Positions 38,931 to 51,401 are shown, counted from the first letter of the stretch. The stretch is 64,000 nt of DNA from Eledone cirrhosa (GCA_964016885.1 OZ024741.1:41726001-41790000), one strand, 5' to 3'. Made by a program: numbers and translations. The notes: generated by a model not told the origin, from the sequence alone.

Positions 38931-39367
38931 AAATCACCCCAGACACTGCCAATGAGATATACCTTGAAGGAGGCCAGCTAAACCTGCATAGGTGTGAGCT
39001 GTCTCCTAGCAAGGAAAAATGAATGTTAGATGGTGATGACGATGATATAGTCATGATTGTGAAACAAACTTAACTACTCGGCCAGTATAAATACAGTCAG
39101 CTGCAAGGTGTATATAGTAAATTGAAAACAAGATGCTAGATATAGTTGTTCTATTTGAATATTTATATAGAAGTTGCTGTTTGACACAAAGCAAAGGAAA
39201 TAACATCAGCTAGGCAGGAAATAAGATTGAACCAGAAGACAACAACAACAATAATAAGTTTAAATTAAAAGATACAATTAGTTTTAATCTGTTTATGTTG
39301 TTTCATAGTCAGAGACGGGAGGGAGGAAGGGGGTTCCATATGAGTATGGGAGTGTGTATGTACGTAT

Positions 39368-41768
39368 ACAAAAACCAGAGCCATCTTCAATCTGCTTGCT
39401 TTGATTGGAAGAGGGCGGATTGGAACTTGTACTGCACTGAGCTACAGCGCCCAAACTGGCATGAGATGTATAACTCTGGAGATGTGAACTCTATACTCCA
39501 GAGCATCCTGGACTCAATATGGAAAGCGTGTGCAGCATCAGTGCCACGGAAGCGGAAAAATAACCACCCCAAAAGTGCAATCTGGGAAACTTCAGCAGTC
39601 CGACTTGCCAGGAAAGAATGTCGGAACGCTGAACGGGAATATAAACTGCATAGATCAGATGCCAACAGAAAAAAGCGGAATATTCCTTCTAACCATCTCA
39701 AGCAAGTGACAAAGAAGGCAGTGCTTGAATTTGAACGGTGCATCGCAACCAATCCTGACAGTAAGGTGTTCTGGAAATATGTTCATTCAAAGCAGAGACC
39801 TCACTCTCCAGTTGGTCCTCTTCGCAATCCCCACACAAGCCAGATCACTGACGATCCCAAGGAATGCGCAGAACTCATTGCTGAGTGCTATGCAAGTATT
39901 TTTACTGTTGAAAACCAGAATGTACCATCTCCACCATCTCTAACATCAAATTCCATAACAACTATGAAATTTACACCTGCAATGTTGCGACGTCACCTTA
40001 AGAATAAGCGCAACTATGCCTCCCCTGGTCTTGATGGTGTGACATACCTGCTTCTCAAACGTGGCGGGGATTTCCTTTTGCGCCAGCTTTCTTTTTTCTT
40101 TCAATACTGTCTCGGCAATGGTGCTACTCCGGAGCAGTGGAAAACTGCCAGTGTCATTCCCCTGTTCAAAAAGGGCAACCGCATGTCACCTGTCAACTAT
40201 CGTCCAGTCAGTCTTACTAGCTGTATGGCCAAACTGATGGAATCCTGTGTCAGAGAAACACTTTGGAACTTCTGGAGCTCTCACAGCCTCATCCGGCCCT
40301 CACAGTTTGGATTTATCCCTAACTCCAGCTGCTGTGATCAGCTTATCGAGTTCCTTGAGGACATCACCCGGATCACTGACAGCGGCTCATGGGTGGATGT
40401 TGTTTACCTTGACTTTGCTAAGGCTTTTAATTCTGTGCCACACAAAAGACTTATGGCAAAACTCTCTGCAATGGGTGTGAGGGATGATCTTTTCGACTGG
40501 CTGAAATCCTTCATTCTCAGCCGAAAGGAAGTAGTCACGGTTCTAGGACAGCATTCTTCACCATATGAGATGTCATCTGGTGTACCACAGGGATCTGTTC
40601 TTGGTCCTCTTTTGTTTGTGGCATATATTAATGACATAGATGCCAACTTACAGAATGCCACGGTACTAAAATATGCAGATGACATCAAGCTGTACCTTGA
40701 AATCAAAAGGACTGATCCTGAAATTTACAACTCTTTCCTACAATCAGACCTGGACACAATGCAGCAATGGATCACAGACTGGCAACTGAAGCTGGCTGTG
40801 GACAAGTGTACCACCATGCATTTTGGAAGGAAAAATCCAGCGTCCACATACTCCCTCCACAACACTGACATCAAAAAGTCCTCTTGTGAACGTGACCTGG
40901 GCATTACTGTCAGCAACGATTTGCGTTGGACAAAGCATGTCTCTAAGATTGTCAAGAAGGCCGAGGGTGTCTTGGCATCACTCAGCAAGACCTTTGTTAG
41001 CCGCTCTCCAGCCATCTATTTAAAACTGTATACAGCTATGGTGCGACCACACTTGGAATTCGCATCATCAGTCTGGAACCCCTATCTTGCTCGGAACATT
41101 GACCTCCTGGAAACTGTTCAGAGACGTGCAACCAAGCGCATACCCTCCATCAGACACCTACCATACTCTGAACGCCTTGCTTCCCTGGGCATGGATTCAT
41201 TGAAGCTCCGACGTCTGGCAATGGACTTGGTGAATACCCACAAAGTTTTTAACCATCTCGCCAACTGCAACCCTGAGCGCCTCTTTGATCTCCATGTGTC
41301 TAACACACGTGGACATGCCTACAAGATAAGAAAACAGCACAGCTCCCATGACTTTCGCAGACATTTTTTCACGCTCAGAGTTGCTGAAGCATGGAACAAA
41401 CTGCCTGCGTCAATTGTTAGCTGCCGAGACACTGCATCCTTTAAGACACTCATGCTTCCCGAAATACGCCAAAACTACACCTGATGTGCCCCTTCCATAC
41501 ACATGCACACGTGTGCACTGTTCATTTTACTGATGTTTGTGCATTGCCCTATGTACTGTACATGCACTTTTTTGATGGGTTGTGGTGCACCTGGGCACTG
41601 TGCACAATATTTCATTATTGTTATTGTTATTATATCATGACTCATACACTGTTTATTTTCCTGACATTTGTACATTATTCTATGTACTATACATGCACCT
41701 TTGATGAGTTGTAGTGCACCTGAGCACTGTACACAATAATTTCATTATTATTATTTTATTATTATTAT
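39368..41768 (+). mobile_element. CR1-clade LINE copy 2, 5'-truncated, young
   Basis: Highly similar to 22164-24570; same duplicated 3'UTR and (TTA)n tail. Confidence 0.97.
39370..41484 (+). CDS. Uninterrupted CR1 reverse transcriptase ORF (lacks APE domain and its own start)
   Basis: ~704 open codons with SPGLDG, PLFKKG, NYRPVSLTS, YLDFAKAFNSVPH, GVPQGSVLGP, YADD; the first 25 aa of track ORF 39295 are flanking DNA. Confidence 0.9.
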   Translation, partial: KNQSHLQSACFDWKRADWNLYCTELQRPNWHEMYNSGDVNSILQSILDSIWKACAASVPRKRKNNHPKSAIWETSAVRLARKECRNAEREYKLHRSDANRKKRNIPSNHLKQVTKKAVLEFERCIATNPDSKVFWKYVHSKQRPHSPVGPLRNPHTSQITDDPKECAELIAECYASIFTVENQNVPSPPSLTSNSITTMKFTPAMLRRHLKNKRNYASPGLDGVTYLLLKRGGDFLLRQLSFFFQYCLGNGATPEQWKTASVIPLFKKGNRMSPVNYRPVSLTSCMAKLMESCVRETLWNFWSSHSLIRPSQFGFIPNSSCCDQLIEFLEDITRITDSGSWVDVVYLDFAKAFNSVPHKRLMAKLSAMGVRDDLFDWLKSFILSRKEVVTVLGQHSSPYEMSSGVPQGSVLGPLLFVAYINDIDANLQNATVLKYADDIKLYLEIKRTDPEIYNSFLQSDLDTMQQWITDWQLKLAVDKCTTMHFGRKNPASTYSLHNTDIKKSSCERDLGITVSNDLRWTKHVSKIVKKAEGVLASLSKTFVSRSPAIYLKLYTAMVRPHLEFASSVWNPYLARNIDLLETVQRRATKRIPSIRHLPYSERLASLGMDSLKLRRLAMDLVNTHKVFNHLANCNPERLFDLHVSNTRGHAYKIRKQHSSHDFRRHFFTLRVAEAWNKLPASIVSCRDTASFKTLMLPEIRQNYT

Positions 41769-41822
41769 ACAAATATATACACATATGCAAGCTTGTGTGT
41801 GTGTGTGCATATATATATATAT

Positions 41823-42030
41823 ATATTTATTAAAATAACAGATTAAAGTTTACAGATTGACTTTGTTAGTTTCAGAAGATCCCGTTAAGGGTGAAAGCAC
41901 CGATTCTTTGCTTAAACTTTAATCTGTTATTTTAATAAATATTTGCTCTAGGGTTCTTATATATTTGATATATATTTATCCTATCGAGCCCTCTTTGGAT
42001 TTTAGTCTTCAAATTTATTATTATTACTAT
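41823..42030 (+). mobile_element. Penelope-like non-autonomous repeat with inverted 5' segment
   Basis: 28-bp inverted repeat 41823-50 / 41914-41; hammerhead-like cagaaga-tcccgttaagggt-gaaa; (TA)n flanks; further copies at 25900-26090 and 46770-46940. Confidence 0.55.
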
Positions 42031-42053
42031 ATATATATATATATATATATATA

Positions 42054-42673
42054 TTAGCAGTGGTACCCGGCGCTGCACATGATAAGGTATTTTGGAACGC
42101 GGGCCGCCAACAGAACTAATCATGGAAAAACTGCATTCCTGGACAATATGTAAAGAAAATAAACCGAATACTCTTGATGGCTGGATAATCTTTAAGATTT
42201 TCCTCGATGAAGCAGAAAAAATGCAGGTTTTCACCTAATGCGGGCCCAAGGGGATTAGAAAATGAATTTTTTTATGTGCATAATACGCCTTGAAATTTCG
42301 GGAAAATCAGCTAGACGTAACGCCCCAAAAAAGCCCTAAAAAGCTAAAAAAAATGAAGTTTTTCACCTAATGCGGGCCCTAGGCCATAAAAAAGTTGGAT
42401 TTTCTTTGCTCACGGTATGAAGAAGAGTCTGACTAATACATAGTTACAATTTCAAGGAAATCGGTCTGACGTAACGCTTCAAAAAAACCCTAAAAAGCTG
42501 AAAAAACGCAGTTTTTCACCTAATGCGGGGCCTAGGGGATCAAAAAGTTGAATTTTTTTAACCCTGAAACATAAGTAATACACATGTAAAGTTTGGGTAC
42601 TTCGAGTTTTAGGGATTCAAACTCACAGACACACATACACACAGACAGACATCCTCAGTTTTATATATATAGC
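42054..42673 (-). mobile_element. Non-autonomous Helitron
   Basis: Minus-strand 5' ctatatatataaaa followed by (gtct/gt)n; 3' GC-rich segment gcagcgccgggtacc then ctgctaa (degenerate CTAG); three internal tttcacctaatgcggg subrepeats; no TSD. Confidence 0.75.
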
Positions 42674-42819
42674 TAAGTGAAATTTATCAGTACTTGTACT
42701 TTACATCCCAATAAAAAAAACGTTGACCAGTCTGTATTTTTATGTAAGATATTTCTAAATATATATACACATATATATATATAATATGCCCATATAGTCA
42801 ATATGCCTCCACACCCTCC

Positions 42820-43090
42820 CACTACAACGTGGTCGTGGAGTTGCCACGGCAAAAAAGCACCCAGCTCTCACTATAAATGGACGTGTAGGCGCCATGGAAA
42901 AGAGCACCAAGCACTCACTGTAAATGAGGTTGGTGTTAGAAAGGGCATCCAGCTGTAGAAATCAAGCCAGAATCAGTTCCCATATGAGCAAGGCAAGATC
43001 AGCCGACCGGACACTGCCCACAACAAGACAACCCGTTTAACCCATGATAGCGTGGAAGAAAGGACATAAAACGGTGATGATGATGATGAT
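42820..43090 (+). mobile_element. RTE-type SINE tail
   Basis: Two modules, agggcatccagctgtagaaa, aacccatg and (ATG)n. Confidence 0.8.
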
Positions 43091-43467
43091 AAATATATAT
43101 ACATATATACAGTATATATATATACATATATATATACTGTATATATACATATATACAGTATATATATATACATATATACATCTACACATATATACATATA
43201 CATAAATATATCTACATATACAGATATATACATATACATAAATATATATACATATACACATATATACATATACATAAATATATATACATATACACATATA
43301 TACAGTATATAAGTATATATATACATATATACATATACGCATATATACATTCATATATACATATACACATATACATAAATATATATACATATACACATAT
43401 ATACATCTACATAAATATATATACATATACACAAATATACATACATATATACATACTTTATATCCAT

Positions 43468-44005
43468 GTAGGAGAACCCCTACCGATGGGAGTTCAATCA
43501 GCGACTTGAAAACTCTGGTACAAACACTACACCTATGACAATTATTGACACACAGTGCTGGGCCCATGGTACCATGTGACGACAAGTGCAGAGAGATCTC
43601 CAGATATAAAGCAATGCCTGTGCCGAGAAGCTTTTATAGTGAGCAAAGGCACTGCACAAAGCCAGTCCCACTCTCTTAACCAAGATGATATTTACCAAAA
43701 AGAAGAACAAGTCAACATCATTGGATACCATCAGGGTTGCAGGTGTTATATCAGAGTTTTCCTTCTCCTAGAAATCTGCCTTGACAAAGGCTAAGGGGTC
43801 ATCTCTCCCGGTGATTTTGGATGGCCATTGACTCTTAAGAGCTCCTTTGCCCTTTGACAGGTTTTGTTTTTAGTCCTGCAGGATGTCCAAAGTCACCCTC
43901 CTCACCAAGAAAACTTGGTGGGGTTGCCAGTTTAGTCGCCAACGACCCGACCATGAAACAGGTTGTACTGGGATACATGTTACCAGTAGCACCAACTGGT
44001 GACCA
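43468..44005 (-). mobile_element. Probable 5' UTR segment of an RTE-type element
   Basis: Minus-strand tctaggagaaggaaaactctga motif recalled from RTE 5' regions; highly structured 5' end; microsatellite flanks. Confidence 0.5.
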
Positions 44006-44038
44006 TACTTATATATACATACATACATACATGCATAC

Positions 44039-44078
<40 letters not shown>

Positions 44079-44115
44079 ACATACATACATATATATACAT
44101 ACATACATATATATA

Positions 44116-45489
44116 CATCATCATCATCATCGGGTTTAGCGTCCGTGTTCCACGCTTGCATGGGTTTGGACGGGGGTTTTCCCACTTGAGGCAAGAGTGG
44201 TTGTCTTGCTCGCATAGGACTGTCTGGCGGGTTTTCTACAGCTGGATGCCCTTCCTAACACCAACCACATTTACAGTGTGGGGCTGGGAGGTTTTTACCG
44301 TGTTGCCTACACGGCCACATTACAGCGTGGACTGTCTGGCGGGTTTTCTACAGCTGGATGCCCTTCCTAACACCAACCACATTTACAGTGTGGGGCTGGG
44401 AGGTTTTTACCGTGTTGCCTACACGGCCACATTTACAGCGTGGACTGTGTTTTTTTGTCGTGACACCTACACGATCTCATTTGTTTCGGCCTGGATGTTG
44501 TGGGACCAACATAACTTTACATTGAAAGGGGCGGTGTGGATGGGGTGGAGGTGGTGGGACGGGGGTGTGTTTTGATAGAGATGCCTACTGACTGTAGTAG
44601 GTTTTTACTATGTATTTAGGTAAGGCGGGTCTTCTCTATTACTGAGTACCGCCAAAGGTCTCGGTCCAGTGACATTGTCTTGGAGAGGTGTAAGCGTGTG
44701 AGGTCGGAATTTATCATGTCGTCCCAGGTTTTTCTGGGTCTGCCTACTCCGTGGCTACCGTCTATCTTTATTGCCCTGCACTTTGTTATACAGCTGTCGT
44801 CTTTCATGCGCATCACGTGACCGTACCAACGTAGCCTTCTCTCGAGTAAACGACATCTGATCCCTCTTATTTCTAATTTTTTCCTTAGTTCGTTTATGCT
44901 TTGCCGTTCACGTATATTACTATTGCACATCCAGCGGAGCATGCAAGCTTCGTTCCTCTCTAGTCTGCGTATATCCTCTGCACACAATGCCCAGGTCTCA
45001 CTGCCATGCAGCATTGCTGTTCGTATGCAGGCATCGTATAACCTGCCTTTCATTTTTAGGGAGAACCCTCTAGCGGCTAATAGTGGTATAAGCTCTCTGA
45101 ACTTTTTCCATCCAGTTCTGACTCTAGCTACTGTACTTTCAGAGCACCCTCCCCCACTGCTGATTTTGTCACCCAGGTAACGGAAGCTGTCCACTATTTT
45201 TATAGAACCCTCTGCGCAGTTGAAGGTGCTAGTATTTGTGGGCACTTGCTGCTACTTATTGCACCAGAGCACCGGCCACATGTAAAATCTATGTTCTTAG
45301 TTAGCTTACCTGTGATCTCACTACATTTTTATGCACCCATACTTTGCATTTGGGACATAAAATGGAGTTTCTACCTATGCCTTTCCTACACACTGAGCAT
45401 GGCCATTTCCCAGAAGGGACCACCGCCTTATTTTCTTTCCTACAAACTAGAACTTTAGTCTTAGCCAGGTTAATTTTAAGGCCTTTTGA
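44116..45489 (-). mobile_element. RTE-clade LINE copy 4 (5'-truncated, frameshifted)
   Basis: ORFs 45301-45489 and 44616-45245 are pieces of the same RT; 112-bp tandem duplication in the 3'UTR. Confidence 0.95.
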
Positions 45490-45562
45490 CATACATATAT
45501 ATACATACATACATACATATACATACATACATACATATATATACATACATACATATATATAC

Positions 45563-45593
<31 letters not shown>

Positions 45594-45672
45594 CATATAT
45601 ATACATACATATATATAGATACATACATATATATACATACATACATATATATACATACATACATATATATAC

Positions 45673-45706
<34 letters not shown>

Positions 45707-45710
45707 ATAT

Positions 45711-45995
45711 AAAAGTCTAAAGTCTGTCTTAAGCCAGAAGGCTCATTTGGCCGATGCTTATCCCGGTTTCATGGCGTGAAGCGACAGAGTACAAGACTCC
45801 CCCCTGGACAGGACGCCAGTCCATCACAGGGTTAAACCTCCAGCTATTGCTGGTACTCATTTCCAGCTGAGTATACTGGAGCAACGTGAAATGAAGTGTC
45901 TTGCTCAAGAACACAACACGCAACCCAGGAATCAAACCCACGACATTATGATCGTAAGTCCAACACTTTTACCACTAGGCCACGTGCCTCCACCC
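45711..45995 (-). mobile_element. CORE-SINE with a different, non-RTE tail
   Basis: A box tggcctagtgg, B box ggtttgattcc, CORE, then ccctgtgatggactggcgtcctgtccagggg ... cagactttagactttt. Confidence 0.88.
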
Positions 45996-46061
45996 ATATA
46001 TATATATATATATATACATACATATATACATATATATATACATACATATATACATATATAT

Positions 46062-46144
<83 letters not shown>

Positions 46145-46173
46145 CATATATACATATATACATATATATATAT

Positions 46174-46246
<73 letters not shown>

Positions 46247-46257
46247 CATATATACAC

Positions 46258-46288
<31 letters not shown>

Positions 46289-46350
46289 CATATATACAAA
46301 TGTACATATACATATATACAAATGGATTTTACATATACATATACATATAT

Positions 46351-46412
46351 ACAGTGGATTTTAAAAACAAAAATATAATCTAGATTATATTTTTGTTTTT
46401 AAAATCCACTGT
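46351..46412. repeat. Perfect 62-bp palindrome without spacer
   Basis: acagtggattttaaaaacaaaaatataatct|agattatatttttgtttttaaaatccactgt. Confidence 0.97.
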
Positions 46413-46600
46413 CAATAAATACACCAGGATTTTTTCATTCTGATGACTGAAAGCAAATTGTGTTTGCTTTCAACAAACCACTGGTAAATGAAATAATTAT
46501 CTTATGTTGTTTATTACATAACTAATAAGCTCTGTAACCTACATAGAGCACTCTTTTTTCCTGGACCTTTCCGACGGAATTACTTCATTTTCACATATAT

Positions 46601-46766
46601 ATCATCATCATCATCGTCGTTTAACGTCCATCTTCCACGCTTGCATGGGTTTGGACGGGAATATTCCCACTTGAGGCAAGATTGGTTGTCTTGCTCGTAT
46701 AGGACTGTCTGGTGGGTTTTCTACGGCTGTATGCCCTTCCTAACACAAACCACATTTACAGTGTGA
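46601..46766 (-). mobile_element. RTE LINE extreme 3' fragment
   Basis: Closely matches the reverse complement of 9563-9725. Confidence 0.9.
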
Positions 46767-47527
46767 TATAGTAATAATAATAAATGTGACGACTAAAATC
46801 CGAAGGGGGGGGGGGTCGATAAGGATAATATATATATCGAAATATATGAAACCATAGAGCAAATATTTATTAAAATAAGAAGATCCCGTTAAGGGTGAAA
46901 GCACCGATTCTTTGCTTAAACTTTAATCTGTTATTTTAATATATATATATATATATATAGGAAAATGTATGACCCCAATGGCAGAGCTCAAGCCGTTTCG
47001 AAGGCTATTTCTATTACCCACTCTACTACCCTAAGTATTGAGTACTCTGGTGCGTTATGGTCCATTTGGTTCCTTACCACACTTCCTTCGTTATATATAT
47101 AAGGGTATCCAGTTGTAGAAAGCTTGCCAGACAGGAGATCAGGAGGACCCATCAGTGCCATGTGAAGGACATGACAGTCACCCTAGTGTATGGTGACCTA
47201 CATGATAAACACACCCATAGTGATTGGGAATCACATCCAACCATAGAAATCTTGCTAAACAAAAGGGCCGTGAGGACTATCAGTTGTGTGAAAGACATGA
47301 TAACCTCTCCTGTGCACCTGATGGAGCATCAACCGTACATAAAGTGAGACACAGATTCCTGGCCTAATTGGAAAATCAATGGCTCTGTTTCAGTACTAAC
47401 TTGGTCAATGTAGATCCATCCAACCCTTGCTATCAAGGAAAGCAGACATTAATCTAACAATGTTGATAATGCATTATTTTTCCTGTGTGGATGCCTGTGT
47501 TTCCCAGTTTTTAGAACAGATACACAT

Positions 47528-47899
47528 GGAGGCACATGGCTTGCAATCGAAAGGTTGTGAGTTCAATTCTCGGACCGGGTGATGTGTTGTTTCCTTGAGC
47601 AAGACACTTTATTTCACGTTGCTCCAGTTTATTTAGCTGTAGAAATGAGATGATAGCACTGGGGTCCCTATCATTCCACTGCAAAGTGGTCGTGGAGGTG
47701 CCAAGGCAAAAAGGCACCCAGCCCACACTGTAAAGTGGACGTGTAAGTGCCATGGAAAAAAAGCACCCAGCACTCACTGTAAATGAGGTTGGTGTTAGGA
47801 AGGGCATCCAGCTGTAGAAATCAAGCCAGAATCAGTTCCCGTCACACCCTTGCAAGCAGGGAAAAGTGGACGTAAAATGATGACGATGATGATGATGAT
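47528..47899 (+). mobile_element. CORE-SINE family A with A-box deletion and one extra module
   Basis: Aligns to 32959-33293; possible TSD gatacac. Confidence 0.9.
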
Positions 47900-48227
47900 A
47901 CACTCTATGCCTATGTGTCATGCTAGGTGACTAAAAGGGTTCTGAGCTGGTCATGCTAGGTGACTCTCAATCTTCTTAACTCTTAACATCCTGCACCATA
48001 TAAAACCACAGTGGCAACACAGTTTTCAAAAGTATTAAAAATCATTATGCCTGCATCACATTAGCAATTCAAGTCTTTATTCTAACATTACAGATTTTCC
48101 CAATGATTTGCCCACTAGTAAGTAAACTAGGAACATTTTGGCACTACAATGGAGTTACAAAAGATAACCTTTAAATTGGTACTCATCAATGTTATTCTTT
48201 TACCAGTTCCAGATGACTGGCTGATGG

Positions 48228-48335
48228 AATTGAAATTTGCTGATGACAATGCTTGGCTGAAAGAAACAAAGGAAGACCTACAACAACTGACCTAGAATCC
48301 TGAGGAACCAGCAAAGAAAGAAGAAGAAAAAAAAC
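48228..48335 (+). pseudogene. Old LINE RT relic
   Basis: Translates ELKFADDNAWLKETKEDLQQLT*. Confidence 0.6.
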
Positions 48336-48404
48336 TATGCAAGTTCTTGTCAACTAGACTGATACCCCAATGACAGTGGAAGATGCATGTAGACTTGACA
48401 TTAA

Positions 48405-48623
48405 CACTTCAGCATTTAAACCTGCAATATCCGGCCAGAATTCTTGCACCACTTTCTGTTCAAACTGGCTGTAACTGGCTGCTCATACTGATGTTAAGGT
48501 ATTGTTCTCAAAATAAATAATATCAAAATCTCAGATTCGATTTTATATGAGATAATTATGGGGAATAAAGATTTTTCTGTGAAAATCCAATAGTAAATAT
48601 AGAGTAATGTAAATGTTAAAGGG
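48405..48623. mobile_element. piggyBac-type MITE (family C)
   Basis: TTAA at 48401-04 and 48624-27; TIRs. Confidence 0.85.
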
Positions 48624-49450
48624 TTAAATGATGATGAGGATGTATAGTTATACAGACAATGAATAGAAATCAAGAGATAGATGGGATCCCCTGACTATGA
48701 TTAAAATACTAACTTCAACTGAAATGACCCATCCAACATATGCCAGAATGGGAGGAAAAAAATGGACGATGATGATGGTGGTGATGATGATGATGACACT
48801 ACTTTTGGTATTGAGTACTTATCTCAGAATCCAAACATAAATGTTCACCTATTTACAGGTGATTGTAGTTGTTTCATAACAAAACCACCCAGTCCACGCT
48901 GTAAGATGGTAGTGCAAAAATCACAATTAAATGCTCCCAGTCCACCCTGTAAGATGGTAGTGCAAAAATCACCATAAAATGTTCCTAGATCATGATATAA
49001 AGAGGTTGGCATGAGGAAGGGCAGTTAACTATAGGAACCAAGCCCAAAACAGAGCATATGAGAAAGACATGGTCACTCAACCATGCTGGCCTCAGTATAT
49101 GAAAACCTGTCTAACTCATACAAGCATGGAAAATCGACATTAGATGGTGGTGATGATGATGAGGATGGTGATATATTTGTATGTGTGCGTATGTATACAT
49201 GTGTATGTATACGTGTGTGTGTAAGTTTAGAGAGAGGCTAAATCAACCAATGGAAAGATGAATATTAAAGTCTTTTTTCAGATTTGTCCAACTGATATCA
49301 AGATGAAAAGTAATGGTGGTGCATGCACACACACACACACACACATATTCACACACAGACACACACACACTCATACATACAAGCACACAGACATTCACAC
49401 ACACACCCCTACACACATCCACGCACTCCTACACACATACAAACTTTCAT

Positions 49451-49494
<44 letters not shown>

Positions 49495-50060
49495 ATACAT
49501 ACATACACACACACACCAGTACAGTTTCTTCACAACATCCTATAATCAATCATTAGCAGTTTCATCTAAACACAGATATTAAAAACTATATTGAAAGCAA
49601 TAAATAAAAAAGACTATATTCCTTGACTTTGTAGAGAAAAATACATCTATGGAATTATTTCAATAATTAAGTTGTGTTTATTAATTTTGGGTTTATTTGC
49701 TGCTGCTCTTGTTATTTATTTTTTTTTTAAATTATATCTAAGAAAAATGTGTCTATGTAATAAAGAAAGCTAGAAATATTAATAAAATAGTTTTTAAAAA
49801 TTGCCTTCCATCCAATTTTTCTACATTGAATGAATAATGGACAAAAATATATTGAAAAACCATATCTAAGTATTAAGTTACTCAGTTACATCAATTGGAA
49901 CAATCAGAAAATTATAGTGGAATGGAACAAGGGTTTGGGGCATTGCCTGATATATTTATTTTTTTAACTTTCTAGTTATTTTCTTTTAATATATATATAT
50001 ATATATTCATATACACATCATCATCATCATTTAACATCCATTTTTTCATGCTAGCATGGG

Positions 50061-50092
<32 letters not shown>

Positions 50093-50122
50093 GAAAAGAT
50101 TCACATATATATATTTATATAA

Positions 50123-50153
<31 letters not shown>

Positions 50154-50592
50154 AACGGAAATAATTTGTGAACATTTTTTTGTGCAATGTGTGTAATGTA
50201 TGTGGTGCGTTTATGTGGGTGGGTGATGTGTGTATTCACATATATATGCATGTCTGTGTAGATGAGTATGTGCACATGTATGTGTACATGTATGTGTACA
50301 TGTATGTGTACATGTATGTGTGTTTCAAGGCATAAAAACAAAATATTAAATCATTATTGGTTAGTGGATTGGCAGATGCAGTAAACGAATTGAAAAAAAA
50401 ATGTTTTGCATTCTGAGTTCAAATCCTACCAGTGTTTATCATGGCTTGCATTTAAGCAAGGGTTAATAGATTACTGTATATACTCAAATATAGGCTGATA
50501 CAAATATAAGTACCAGTAACACACTGGGGTAATTTTAATTGACTTTCCTCGTCCCCTCCAAAATTGTTGGCCTTGTGCCTAAATCAGAAACC

Positions 50593-50628
<36 letters not shown>

Positions 50629-50637
50629 TTGTTATAC

Positions 50638-50836
50638 AGGTGGTGGATTGGCAGAATTGGTAGAGAGTCGGATGCCATGCTTTGACGCAAAGAGTTATGG
50701 CCCTTTCCATTCTGAGTTCAAATCCCGCTACGGTTAACTTTGCCTTCCATCCTTACGGGGTCGATAAAATAAAGTACCAGTAATACACTGGGTAATTGCT
50801 GGCCTTGTTCCAAAAGTAGAAACTATTATTATTATT
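50638..50836 (+). mobile_element. Nin-domain SINE (family B), full length
   Basis: tggcagaattgg A box, gagttcaaatcc B box, Nin core, (TTA)n tail; sits behind the (TTA)n tail of an older relative (50365-50630). Confidence 0.9.
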
Positions 50837-51401
50837 TGTTCATTTTAATGCGCGCACATCATACCAACAGAAATATTTATTTTTCTGTTGAATAAGCCGG
50901 CATGTTTATGTGGTACTCTCAAATTGTGCGAAACCACAACCAATCTGAGAGCTGAAGAGGTCAAAAGATGTGTATGTGATTGTATCTGGTTCATTTTTCC
51001 TTTATTTCTTTCTTCCTATCACTTCTCCAGGCCAACAGACTACTATCCACTGATTTCTCTCTTTGAGGTAATTTTTACCCTACAAATGTCATTGATGGCA
51101 TGCTATTCTTGCTTCAAACTTTTCTCATTATTCTATGAATTCTAATACACTCACACTAATGTTCAATTCCACACTGGTGAGGGGAAATTTCCAAGGTGGT
51201 AAACTGGCAAAATCATTTGAGTGTCAAACAAAATACCTTATGGTATTTATTTATAGTTCTTTATTTTCTGAATTCGAATCTCACCTTTGATCCTCCCAGG
51301 GTCAATCAAATAAAATACCCGTATAATAACATAACCTGGGTCAATATTGGCCCAAATCTATATAATTTTATAGAGTTTCTAAGTTCTTTTTCTTTGCCCA
51401 G

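Noticed and set aside
39295-39369. In-frame upstream ATG giving a 729-aa 'domesticated' RT
   Set aside because: The upstream 25 codons are fortuitous flanking DNA, and the copy is too similar to its family to indicate domestication.
46440-46485. CTGATGA-ct-GAAA-gcaaa..tttgc-TT hammerhead-like motif
   Set aside because: No stem II and no stem I pairing.
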